Origin: Bifidobacterium breve | GTDB taxonomy: Bacteria; Actinomycetota; Acidimicrobiia; Acidimicrobiales; Acidimicrobilacustridaceae | Direction of reading: 5' to 3' | Assembly (NCBI GenBank): GCA_945862505.1 | Contig: CAMAYJ010000004.1 | Location: 581-64,580, forward strand | Length of the DNA stretch: 64,000 nucleotides | Shown: positions 26,914 through 36,106 of the stretch, piece after piece | Layout of the letters: the number at the start of each line of letters is the position of its first letter | Position numbering within the stretch: position 1 is the first letter of the stretch | Notes under the pieces: generated by a model | The model's database searches: none | Told to the model about the DNA's origin: nothing | The model's input: the letters and a program-made list of their open reading frames with translations, nothing else | Position numbers and translations under genes: made by a program

Positions 26914-29019
26914 TCAGATTGATCGACCGGCGAGATAACCAGTCCGGACCGCACCTTCGATGTAACCCACGCTTGCGGCATCGCCCACAACGCGAACATC
27001 GAAACCATCGGTACGAAGTTGTTCCGCAATCGATTCATCGGTGTGCACGCCACTGGCAATGACAACAGCGTCGGAACGAACCGTGTGGGTCTCGTCTCCG
27101 ACAAGGTAGGAAACACCACTCTCGGTGATCCCAGTGAGTTGCGCTCCGGTGATGAATGAAACGCCGTGATTACGAGCCTCGAACAACGAGCGAGCACGGC
27201 GAGGATGCGCCATTTCGACACCCAGTTTCTCGCCTTCTTCGAGCACGGTCACACTCCGGCCGCGCTCAGCGAGGTACTCGGCTAATTCGACTCCGACCAA
27301 TCCCCCACCGACAACAACGACTCGCTTGCCGATCGGCATCCATCGCTTCGACATCGATCGAACACGATCCATGCTCGACATGAACCCCAGCGATCGACCA
27401 ATCGACACCATCAGACGTCGATGAACGGGCAGCCGCGAAGCCGCTGCTGGGTCATCACCCGTCAGGAGTCCTCGCAGATCGTCACCGGAGAACACATGGG
27501 GCAGGCCGGCACCAGGAATATCAGGACGCTCTCTGCGGGCCCCTGTCGCAACGACGACAACATCGGCATTCAATTCCCGAAGCAATCCGGCGGTCACCGG
27601 GGTCGAGGTGCGAATGTCGACATCAAGAAGCGAAATCTCGGTGCTCAAGTAGCGAACAAGTTCGGCGTTCATGGGAGTGGTCAGCGAGGAGAACCGAGCA
27701 GTACCTCCCAAGTGGGGTGATTTTTCCAACAGCGTGACGGAATGACCGCGAACCGCAGCAACACGCGCAGTTTCCATTCCTCCGGGGCCACCACCAACGA
27801 CCACAACCTTGCGTCGTTCAGTTGCCAGACGAAGTGGACCTTCGTCGTAGTGGCCGAGTTCAGCATTGACGGCACAGATGGGCGCACCGTCCCAGAAATT
27901 CTGGGCCACACAAACAAAGCAGTTAATACATGTTCGAACACGATCAGGTTTTTCCGATAACAATTTTGCCGGAAGATCAGGATCGGCCAAAAGTTGTCGA
28001 CCCATCGAAACGAAATCACAATCGCCGTTCTTCAGATGTTTTTCTGCAGCATCGGGGAAGATGCGACCCACGGCGATCACGGGAATCGATACTGACTGCT
28101 TAACGACCGCAGCCAGGCCCAGATACTGATCGGGTTGCCATGGAAGCGGACCATTGGTAAACCCAACACCCATTGAATTGGGCCCAGATGCCGATACATG
28201 AATCGCATCGGCTCCCGCTGATTCCGCAAGCACAGCGTATTCAGCGGAAAGTTCTGGGGTGATTCCACCTTCAACATATTCACGCCCATCAAGTCGCACG
28301 ATGATTCCGAAATCGGAACCGCATCGTTTACGAATTGCGCTAACGACTTCGACGAGCAAACGGGCACGGTTTTCGACCGAGCCTCCGTACTCATCGTCAC
28401 GAAGGTTGTAATGCGGCGACAGGAACGTCGAAATCAGATACCCATGCGCGGCGTGGACTTCGATGCCGTCGAGCCCGGCCTTCTGCACGCGCTCGGCGGC
28501 ATCAGCAAACTGATCGACAACCCACACGAGATCATCGATGGTGGCGGCGCGCTGTTGAGCCCGCTTTCCCCCGGTGAGCCCCGCCATCTTCATCAACTCA
28601 TCCATCGTGACGGAACTGAGATCGTTCTCGTCGGCTGGCAACGGGACCGACGGAACCAGTTGCTCACGATCCTGCATCGCATCAACACCAGCGGTTTTAC
28701 CGTGATGACACATCTGCACGAACATTTTCGAGCCGTGGCGATGCGCCGCTTCAGCCAACCGCTTTAGTCCAGGAATGAATCGATCTTCGGAGAGTGCGGG
28801 CTGGTGGAGCGAGGTTGCGCCGATAGGCCAGGCCACTGCCGAAGTTTCAAGAATGAGGAGCCCCACTCCCCCGCGGGCTCTCGCCTCGTAGTGCGCGATG
28901 TTGAGGTCGGTGATTTCCCCGTCCTCGCAACTGTTTTGGTCCATGGCTGGCAAGACGATGCGGTTACGAGTTTCAACCGAACCAATGCGGCCCTGCGTGA
29001 GAAGTGTGGGATGTGGCAC
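26914..29019 (-). CDS. NADH:flavin oxidoreductase (OYE TIM barrel + 4Fe-4S + FAD; 2,4-dienoyl-CoA/enoate reductase-like)
   Basis: RNRIVLPAM, HAAHGYLISTFLSP, NLRDDEYGGS, CINCFVC-x11-C and two GGG dinucleotide-binding motifs. Confidence 0.9.
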   Translation of the reverse strand: MPHPTLLTQGRIGSVETRNRIVLPAMDQNSCEDGEITDLNIAHYEARARGGVGLLILETSAVAWPIGATSLHQPALSEDRFIPGLKRLAEAAHRHGSKMFVQMCHHGKTAGVDAMQDREQLVPSVPLPADENDLSSVTMDELMKMAGLTGGKRAQQRAATIDDLVWVVDQFADAAERVQKAGLDGIEVHAAHGYLISTFLSPHYNLRDDEYGGSVENRARLLVEVVSAIRKRCGSDFGIIVRLDGREYVEGGITPELSAEYAVLAESAGADAIHVSASGPNSMGVGFTNGPLPWQPDQYLGLAAVVKQSVSIPVIAVGRIFPDAAEKHLKNGDCDFVSMGRQLLADPDLPAKLLSEKPDRVRTCINCFVCVAQNFWDGAPICAVNAELGHYDEGPLRLATERRKVVVVGGGPGGMETARVAAVRGHSVTLLEKSPHLGGTARFSSLTTPMNAELVRYLSTEISLLDVDIRTSTPVTAGLLRELNADVVVVATGARRERPDIPGAGLPHVFSGDDLRGLLTGDDPAAASRLPVHRRLMVSIGRSLGFMSSMDRVRSMSKRWMPIGKRVVVVGGGLVGVELAEYLAERGRSVTVLEEGEKLGVEMAHPRRARSLFEARNHGVSFITGAQLTGITESGVSYLVGDETHTVRSDAVVIASGVHTDESIAEQLRTDGFDVRVVGDAASVGYIEGAVRTGYLAGRSI

Positions 29020-29063
29020 GCCGAGATCCTATGACCCAATCCTCCGACAAGCCTCGAGACGCG

Positions 29064-29091
29064 CCGGTGCCCCGCCGAGGCGGGGCACCGG
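29064..29091. terminator. GC-rich 12-bp hairpin downstream of the SHOCT gene
   Basis: CCGGTGCCCCGC-CGAG-GCGGGGCACCGG. There is no U-tract, which is common in actinobacterial terminators. Confidence 0.55.
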
Positions 29092-29129
29092 AACTACCAG
29101 AATTGCAACACCTAGATGCTGCGAGAAAT

Positions 29130-29525
29130 TCAGCTAACGACCTTGGCCTTCAGTTTGTCGAATTCGGCCTGATCGATGACGCCACGATCCTTGAGGTCGG
29201 CAAGACGGTGAAGCTCGTCGGCCGGCGTGGTGCCCGCTGCGTTGCGGATGTAGTTCTGCATCGCTGCATCTTGAGCCTTTGCGGCTTCGATCTCATGCTC
29301 GTGCATCTTGCCGCCACGAACGATGAGGTAGGCGAGAATGGCAAAAAGGTTGAAGGCGAGAATGGCAACAACCCAGATGGCCTTATGGATGCCGCCCATG
29401 TCACGGCTGCGGAAAATGTCGATGAAGACACTGATCGCCAACCAGATCCAGATGAAGAGAAAAGTGAAGTAGAGCATGGCCAAAACAACTTCGCCGACAC
29501 CCCAACCACTGCTCGCTGCAAACAT
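29130..29525 (-). CDS. PLDc_N-terminal TM hairpin + SHOCT domain protein
   Basis: DIFRSRDMGGIHKAIWVVAIL...LAYLIVRG, then ADELHRLADLKDRGVIDQAEFDKLKAK. AGGAGG RBS. Confidence 0.88.
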   Translation of the reverse strand: MFAASSGWGVGEVVLAMLYFTFLFIWIWLAISVFIDIFRSRDMGGIHKAIWVVAILAFNLFAILAYLIVRGGKMHEHEIEAAKAQDAAMQNYIRNAAGTTPADELHRLADLKDRGVIDQAEFDKLKAKVVS

Positions 29526-29651
29526 TTTTTCCTCCTGTGTGCCACTGTTGACACGTCGTACCGCGCGGGACGAACTCCCGCGATCGCCAAAGACTACTCC
29601 TCGCAGATCTACAGATGATGGACTTCGAACATTTTTTATTCCGAGATTGAG

Positions 29652-31175
29652 CTATGGCGTTATCGCAGTTCGCGACACCGGCTCTGGAGTTGCTTGGCGG
29701 CGATACATGGCCCGCTGCAGCGAATCGAGCAAGACATCGCGCGTCTCTCGAGGGTCAATAAGTTCATCAAACCCAAGGTTCTCGGCTGATCTATACGAAG
29801 CCTGCAACTCTGCGTCGCGCAACATCGCCGCTTCATCAGCATCGGCATTTGTGGCCCGGCTCATGGCGTTCGCTCCCATCGCCCCCAAGGTCGCTCCCGG
29901 ATAGGCGAACGTTGCCGACTGATGATCAAAGCCAACGAGAGACATCACCATCGATCCGAATCCGTAAGCCTTGCGCAACGTGAGATGCAGTTTCGGACTC
30001 GAAGCCTGGGTTTGCGCGGCGAACATTCGTGCACCCGAGCGCAGAACTCCATCGCGTTCCGATGCGCTTCCTGGCAACATCCCTGGGTTGTCAGCGAGGA
30101 AGACCAACGGAAGATGGAACGAATCGGCGACCATGATGAAATGCGCGGCTTTATCGGCAGCAGCCGCATCGATTGAACCGGCCATAACGGTCGGCTGATT
30201 CGCGATCACTGCAACCGATTCGCCGCCGAGGCGAGCGAGCCCGCAGATCATCGATTGGCCAAAACTCGGTTGCACTTCAAACCAAGACCCATCGTCAACC
30301 ACCACATCGAGTACTGCACGCATGTCATAGGCCCGACGCGAATCGCTCGGGATGATCGACAGCAGTTCGTCGGTAGAGCGGAATCCTTGGTCATCGCTCT
30401 GTTCGGCGGGGAGACGCGGCGCAAAGCTCCACGCGCTCGATGGGAAGAACGAAAGATAGACACGCAACATATCGAGAGCGGTCTGATCGTCGGGCGCAAC
30501 GTTATGAATGAGTCCGCTTGGAACAGCGACAGAAGGACCACCGAGGTCTTCCTTGGTTATGTCTTCACCAAGAGACTCGCGAACGACCGGTGGACCAGCA
30601 GTAAACACTGCGGCGTCCTGCGTCATCACGCTGAAATCAGACATGGGAACGATCAACGCGCCGTGTCCGGCCGACGGTCCCATGACAGCACTCAATACGG
30701 GGATTTTGCCAGAACACTGCGCTTGAATAAGGAGATCGGTCGGCGCGCGGCCGCCGCCTCCACCACCACGGTGACCAGCACCCTCAAGCAACATAATGAG
30801 CGGAATGCGCTCGGCTAAAGCAAGTTCCGCAAGCCGGTATCGCTTTGAAGAACTACCGGGACCGATTGAACCCGCCAGCACGGTGAAATCCTCCGCACCA
30901 ATCATTACGGGTCTGCCATCGATGCGACCGGCACCAGCAACGATGCCATCGCCTGGCACCTCGCCAACGAGCGTTCCAAGTTCGCGAAATGTTCCTGGAT
31001 CAAGGAGATAGTCAACGCGAGCCCGCGCATCGAGTTGACCTTTCGCGTGTTTCTTCGCGAGACGTTCTTCGCCACCCATCGCGCGCGCTGCGGCGCGACG
31101 TTGCGCGAGGTCATCAAGGGCCGGGCCCCACCCACCGGGAAGCTCAGATGGATTCGATTCGACGCTTTCGCTCAC
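29652..31175 (-). CDS. Acyl-CoA carboxylase carboxyltransferase (beta) subunit
   Basis: MGGEERLAK, ARARVDYLLDPGTFRE, EDFTVLAGS, FTAGPPVV, DNPGMLPG, RKAYGFG and IDPRETR. Start GTG 31175. Confidence 0.88.
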   Translation of the reverse strand: MSESVESNPSELPGGWGPALDDLAQRRAAARAMGGEERLAKKHAKGQLDARARVDYLLDPGTFRELGTLVGEVPGDGIVAGAGRIDGRPVMIGAEDFTVLAGSIGPGSSSKRYRLAELALAERIPLIMLLEGAGHRGGGGGGRAPTDLLIQAQCSGKIPVLSAVMGPSAGHGALIVPMSDFSVMTQDAAVFTAGPPVVRESLGEDITKEDLGGPSVAVPSGLIHNVAPDDQTALDMLRVYLSFFPSSAWSFAPRLPAEQSDDQGFRSTDELLSIIPSDSRRAYDMRAVLDVVVDDGSWFEVQPSFGQSMICGLARLGGESVAVIANQPTVMAGSIDAAAADKAAHFIMVADSFHLPLVFLADNPGMLPGSASERDGVLRSGARMFAAQTQASSPKLHLTLRKAYGFGSMVMSLVGFDHQSATFAYPGATLGAMGANAMSRATNADADEAAMLRDAELQASYRSAENLGFDELIDPRETRDVLLDSLQRAMYRRQATPEPVSRTAITP

Positions 31176-31197
31176 GGATTCTCCTGCTGCAGTTCGA

Positions 31198-31980
31198 TCA
31201 GAGCCGGGGTGGACGCATATCCGGCATCGCCCGAAGCGTATGGCCCCCGTCCACCGTGAGATGTTGACCGGTAACCCAACTTGATTCGGGACCAGCAAAA
31301 TAGCGAATGGCATGGGCAATATCGTCAGCCTCACCCCCGCGATCGATCGCCTGTTGCTCGAGGAATCGGGACAAAAGTCCGGGGCTTTCAAACATCCGAG
31401 CCGTTGACTCGGTACGCGTCAGACCGGGTCGGACCGAGTTCACGCGGATATTGCGCTCTCCGAGTTCGTCGGCGGCGACGTCGACCAGCGCATCGACAGC
31501 AGCCTTGCCTGCGCGATAGGACGCAAGTCCTCGGGTGGAAAACACCGCCGCCGTGGAAGAAACAGCAACAAAGGAACCGCCATTGGTCATCATTGGAGCG
31601 GCGTAGTGCAACAGCATGTAGACCGGACGCACGTTCTTATCGACCTCTGCACTGAACGCGTCGCATTCATAATCAAGGACGTTCATTGGTGTTCCCCCGC
31701 CCGGCACAGTTACAGCGATATCGAGTCGCTCCCCTTCGCTGGCCACCTCAACAGCACGGGCAACGTCTGTCTCGACCATCGTGTCGCATGCGACCCATGC
31801 AACCGACAATCCCTCTGCCGCGAGTAACTCGACCACAGACGCCATTCGCTCTTCGCCTCGAGCAGCAATCGTGACTCGACAACCATCAGCGGCGAGTAGC
31901 CGCGTCGTCGCCAAGCCAATGCCGCTGCTGCCGCCCACTACGACTGCGCGAGTCCCGGCAAGGAGTGATCCTGTCGTCAT
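31198..31980 (-). CDS. Short-chain dehydrogenase/reductase
   Basis: GGSSGIG, SYRAGK (YxxxK), IRVNSVRPG and VTGQHLTVDGG. Confidence 0.9.
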   Translation of the reverse strand: MTTGSLLAGTRAVVVGGSSGIGLATTRLLAADGCRVTIAARGEERMASVVELLAAEGLSVAWVACDTMVETDVARAVEVASEGERLDIAVTVPGGGTPMNVLDYECDAFSAEVDKNVRPVYMLLHYAAPMMTNGGSFVAVSSTAAVFSTRGLASYRAGKAAVDALVDVAADELGERNIRVNSVRPGLTRTESTARMFESPGLLSRFLEQQAIDRGGEADDIAHAIRYFAGPESSWVTGQHLTVDGGHTLRAMPDMRPPRL

Positions 31981-32064
31981 GAGTCGTTTCTAGCAGTCCC
32001 GTCATGACTGGGGCGGTGCCACTGAAGCCCACCGGCTACCGTTCCCCAGAGACTGGGGGGCCAC

Positions 32065-33225
32065 ATGACAACTGCTGTCGATCCACTTCTTGCACAAGCA
32101 AGCGAACTCACAGGAGGACTCGCCGATTTCGGCGACGATTCATTTCGCGATGGGCTCGAAGTCTTTCTCGATTCCGGCGCCAACGAGGGTCAACTCACAG
32201 AGATTGGCAAGGCTGCGCTTGAGGGAATGGCACTCAGCAATCTGGTGAACCGCCTGAATGTTGTGGAGTGGCATCGCACCCACCCGGAACTTGCGACTTC
32301 GCATATCGACTCGCCGATTTTTCTTATAGGTTTGCCCCGCACGGGAACAACAGCGCTCAGCCATCTCCTTTCGGTTGACCCTGCCAATCGTTCACTACTG
32401 GGCTGGGAAATCAGCCAATCGGTGCCGCCTCCGACCACCGCGACCTATCGCACCGACCCACGATTCGTGACGGCCATGGAAGCGCCCGACATGCTCGGCA
32501 TGCTTAATCCCGAGTTCAAAGCGATCCACCATGATCCGCCCGAAATGCCGCTTGAATGCGCAACCGTTCTTGGTCAGCACTTCTCAAGTCTCCATCTCTC
32601 CACCACGTTCAATCTCCCGTCCTACATGGACTGGATCAGAACCAACGATCACACTCAGGCCTACGAGTGGCATCGCACTGTTCTGCAGGTCTTGCAATCG
32701 CAATGTCCGGGACAGTGGCAGTTGAAGTCGCCCGTGCATCTCATAGACCCCTCCGCAATCGCCGCGGTCTACCCCGATGCACGATTCGTGCTGACACATC
32801 GAGATCCAGTGAACGTCATCGCCTCGGTTTGCAGCCTCGTGCGTTCTCTTGCTGGGACATTCACCGACACTGATTGGCAGAACTACATCCGAGAAACATG
32901 GCCCGAGGTCGTTGGCGGCCTCTTAGACAACCAGAACGCCTTCCGAGATGCACAGATTACTGCGGGCCGCGGCGATTCGTTCGTTGATATCGCTTACAGC
33001 GACCTCGTAGGCGATCCCATAACGACAATCGCGTCGCTCTACGAACAACTCGGCGAGAATTTCTCTGCCGAAGCAGAGTCAGCGATGCGGGCTCACAGCG
33101 CCGAGCACAAGAAGGATCGTTTCGGATCGCATTCCTATTCGTTAGAAGAATGGGGACTTGACCGCGATGCACTGACGGAGCGCGTGCAGCCCTACCTCAC
33201 CCGTTATGCCGAATACCTGGAGTAG
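32065..33225 (+). CDS. Sulfotransferase family protein (Stf/Sulfotransfer_3-like)
   Basis: PAPS-binding GLPRTGTT, WQLKSPVH, THRDP and YSDLVGDP. Confidence 0.88.
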   Translation: MTTAVDPLLAQASELTGGLADFGDDSFRDGLEVFLDSGANEGQLTEIGKAALEGMALSNLVNRLNVVEWHRTHPELATSHIDSPIFLIGLPRTGTTALSHLLSVDPANRSLLGWEISQSVPPPTTATYRTDPRFVTAMEAPDMLGMLNPEFKAIHHDPPEMPLECATVLGQHFSSLHLSTTFNLPSYMDWIRTNDHTQAYEWHRTVLQVLQSQCPGQWQLKSPVHLIDPSAIAAVYPDARFVLTHRDPVNVIASVCSLVRSLAGTFTDTDWQNYIRETWPEVVGGLLDNQNAFRDAQITAGRGDSFVDIAYSDLVGDPITTIASLYEQLGENFSAEAESAMRAHSAEHKKDRFGSHSYSLEEWGLDRDALTERVQPYLTRYAEYLE

Positions 33226-33227
33226 CT

Positions 33228-34673
33228 ATGTCTGATTTTGAACGACTTCTTGATGAGAACGACACACTTGGTCTTGCATCGCTCGTCGCTGCAGGTGAAG
33301 TGAGCAGTGTTGAACTCGTTGAAGCATCGATCTCGCGAATCGAAACACGCAATCCCACCCTCAATGCGGTCGTTGCGAAGCGATATGACGAAGCGCGCGC
33401 AGACGCCACTCGTGTCACATCGGCGTCACCGATCGCTGGCGTTCCGTTCCTCGTCAAGGACCTCAATTGCGATGTCGCTGGGCTTCCATCAACAAAGGGA
33501 AGCCGATTATTCGCCGATGTCATCGCTTCGAACGACAGCGAGATGACAAAGCGCTTCAAAGCTGCAGGGCTTTTGATTCTTGGAAACACGAATACACCAG
33601 AAATGGGCAAAGCGCCCGTCACCGAATCGGTGTTATTCGGACCAGCCCATAATCCGTGGCGAACCACCCATTCCACCGGCGGTTCGTCAGGCGGTTCATC
33701 CGCAGCCGTCATTGGCGGGATGGTCACTGCTGGTCACGCCAACGACGGTGGTGGATCCATCCGTATCCCCGCATCCGAATGCGGCTTGTTCGGACTGAAA
33801 CCAAGCCGAGGCCGCACGCCAACCTGGCCCGCTGCCGCAGCGTTCTCCTACCCAATGGGCATTGGCCATGCCGTCACCAGAACAGTCCGAGATAGCGCGG
33901 CGATTCTCGATGCAATCTCAGGACCACTCGCCGGCGACCCCTACCCGTCCCCGCCGGCGCCGGCGGCTGGATCATTCCTCGCAGCCCTCGAACAGGAAGC
34001 TCCGACCCTTCGCATCGGCTTCAGCACAATCTCGCCAAACGGAAACGAGATCCACCCCGCAGCGGTCGAAGCAATCCTTCGAACCGCACGGATGCTCGAA
34101 TCGCTCGGACACGAAGTCACCGAAGGTTCGCCGACTTGGGACTACGCGATGCCGGCAAATTCTCTCGCAATGGTCATGGGCGCTGCGGGAGCAAAAACTG
34201 TTGAAGACCGACTCACTGAACTTGGTCGCGAGATCCGGGATGACGACATCGAACCGTTTACGCGGTTTCTCCACGATCGGATGCTTGCAATAAGTCCACT
34301 CCGTCTTGTTGAAGCACTCCAGCAAATCGAAATTGTCAGTCGCGATGTTGCTCGTTTTTATGACACCCACGACGTTTGGCTTACGTCGACACTGCCAGTG
34401 CCTGTTCCTGAACTCGGGGTGATCGACACAACCAATGTTGATTCGATGTTCGCCCACGCCGGTCGATTCTCTGAACTCACTGCAGTGTTCAACGTCACCG
34501 GTCAGCCCGCAGCTTCGATCCCCGCTGGATTCGATGCCAATGGGCTTCCCGTCGGCGTGCAAATCGTTGGTCGTCATTGCTCGGAAGCGATGCTCCTGCA
34601 ACTTGCGGCTCAGATCGAGCGAGAACTGCCGTGGCCCACAATCGCTCCGTGGCCACCTCCAAGCGAACGATAA
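33228..34673 (+). CDS. Amidase signature family enzyme
   Basis: GVPFLVKD, GNTNTPEMG, GGSSGGS and DGGGSIRIPASECGLFGLKPSRGR. Confidence 0.92.
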   Translation: MSDFERLLDENDTLGLASLVAAGEVSSVELVEASISRIETRNPTLNAVVAKRYDEARADATRVTSASPIAGVPFLVKDLNCDVAGLPSTKGSRLFADVIASNDSEMTKRFKAAGLLILGNTNTPEMGKAPVTESVLFGPAHNPWRTTHSTGGSSGGSSAAVIGGMVTAGHANDGGGSIRIPASECGLFGLKPSRGRTPTWPAAAAFSYPMGIGHAVTRTVRDSAAILDAISGPLAGDPYPSPPAPAAGSFLAALEQEAPTLRIGFSTISPNGNEIHPAAVEAILRTARMLESLGHEVTEGSPTWDYAMPANSLAMVMGAAGAKTVEDRLTELGREIRDDDIEPFTRFLHDRMLAISPLRLVEALQQIEIVSRDVARFYDTHDVWLTSTLPVPVPELGVIDTTNVDSMFAHAGRFSELTAVFNVTGQPAASIPAGFDANGLPVGVQIVGRHCSEAMLLQLAAQIERELPWPTIAPWPPPSER

Positions 34674-34721
34674 CTATCCCAAGAAAGCCGAAGTACGCAT
34701 TCCCGTGATAGAACCGGAGTC

Positions 34722-35318
34722 ATGTCCGGGGGGAATGCTGATCTAAAAACTGCCGACGTTGTCATTCCAAAAATTCCTCCAACCGCGTGGGCTGTGCTTG
34801 GAATCCTCAGTTTTGGCCGTGAACTCACCGGCTACGACATCAAGAATTGGTCCGATGCCATTCTCCATTTCTTTTACTGGAGTCCCGCTACCAGTCAGAT
34901 CTATACCGAACTTCGGCGCCTTGAGGAATTCGGACTCGTCACCTGTCGAACAATTGCTCGCGATGACGTCCGAGAAAAAACCGTCTACTTGATCACCGAA
35001 CATGGTGTCACTGCACTTCGAAATTGGCAGGAAAGTACTGACGCAGAGGCAACCGTCCTCAAACACGGAGTCCTTCTGCGGGTGTGGCTGGGGCATCTCG
35101 CGGAACCTGACCGACTTCGCGAACAAATACTCGATCACCGCTTTCGCCTCCTCGAAGAGTTAGACGCCGCGAAAGACTCAAGTACCCAAGCCGATGCCCA
35201 GCCCGACTGGGCCTACCCCGCGCTTGTCGCATCTTGGGCAGTTCGCCGTATCGAAAGCGAAATCGAACTCACCGATGCAATGCTTATCGACCTCGAACGA
35301 CTCGCCCAGACACGCTGA
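34722..35318 (+). CDS. PadR-family transcriptional regulator
   Basis: LGILSFGRELTGYDIK...FYWSPATSQIYTELRRL...KTVYLITEHG. Confidence 0.87.
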   Translation: MSGGNADLKTADVVIPKIPPTAWAVLGILSFGRELTGYDIKNWSDAILHFFYWSPATSQIYTELRRLEEFGLVTCRTIARDDVREKTVYLITEHGVTALRNWQESTDAEATVLKHGVLLRVWLGHLAEPDRLREQILDHRFRLLEELDAAKDSSTQADAQPDWAYPALVASWAVRRIESEIELTDAMLIDLERLAQTR

Positions 35319-35341
35319 ATTCAACAACAAAAAGGACAACC

Positions 35342-36094
35342 ATGAGCCCCACCTCTGCAGTCATCGTTACCGGTGGCGCGTCAGGAATCGGCCGCGCATC
35401 TGCTGAAGCCATCGCTACACAAGGTCGAGCTGTCGCGGTCTGGGATCTCAACGCAGATGGCGCGCTTGCTGCCGCGCGCGAGATCGCCAATGTTCACGGT
35501 GTTGCCACCTTCGGACTTGGCATCGACGTCACGAAAACCGGTGAACTCACCGGCGCGGTCGATGCAAGTCGCGATGTTGTCGGACCAATTGGTGGGCTCG
35601 TCCATGCCGCCGGCACTGTTCGGAGACAGAGCATCGGCGAACTCGACGATGAGGGCTGGGATTTCGTCCTCAATGTCAATCTTCGAGCCTTCCCCATGCT
35701 CGTGCAGGCAATGTACGCAGACCTTGTCGCCGCCGAAGGCGCAGCCGTCGTCGGGATTGCATCTATTGAGGGTTGGGTCGGCAACGCCGGAATCCCCGCC
35801 TATTGCGCGTCAAAAGCAGGAATGCTTGGGGCTGTCCGATCGATGGCTGATCGACTCGGTCCCGACGGCATTCGTGTCAATGCGATCTGCCCAGGCTTCA
35901 TCGAAACCGCGATGCTGGGCATCACTTTAAATATGCCTGGAGTTCGCCAGCGTTTCGAAGAAAGTTCTGTGCTGAAACGAATCGGCCAACCATCCGAGAT
36001 TGGCGAGCCAGCGGCATTCCTACTCAGCGACAAAGCTTCATTTATCACCGGACAATCCATCATCGTCGATGGTGGCGTGCTCGCTACTGCCTAA
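35342..36094 (+). CDS. Short-chain dehydrogenase/reductase
   Basis: TGGASGIG, AYCASKAG, IRVNAICPG and ITGQSIIVDGG. Start ATG 35342. Confidence 0.92.
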   Translation: MSPTSAVIVTGGASGIGRASAEAIATQGRAVAVWDLNADGALAAAREIANVHGVATFGLGIDVTKTGELTGAVDASRDVVGPIGGLVHAAGTVRRQSIGELDDEGWDFVLNVNLRAFPMLVQAMYADLVAAEGAAVVGIASIEGWVGNAGIPAYCASKAGMLGAVRSMADRLGPDGIRVNAICPGFIETAMLGITLNMPGVRQRFEESSVLKRIGQPSEIGEPAAFLLSDKASFITGQSIIVDGGVLATA

Positions 36095-36106
36095 TTCAGC
36101 GCACAA

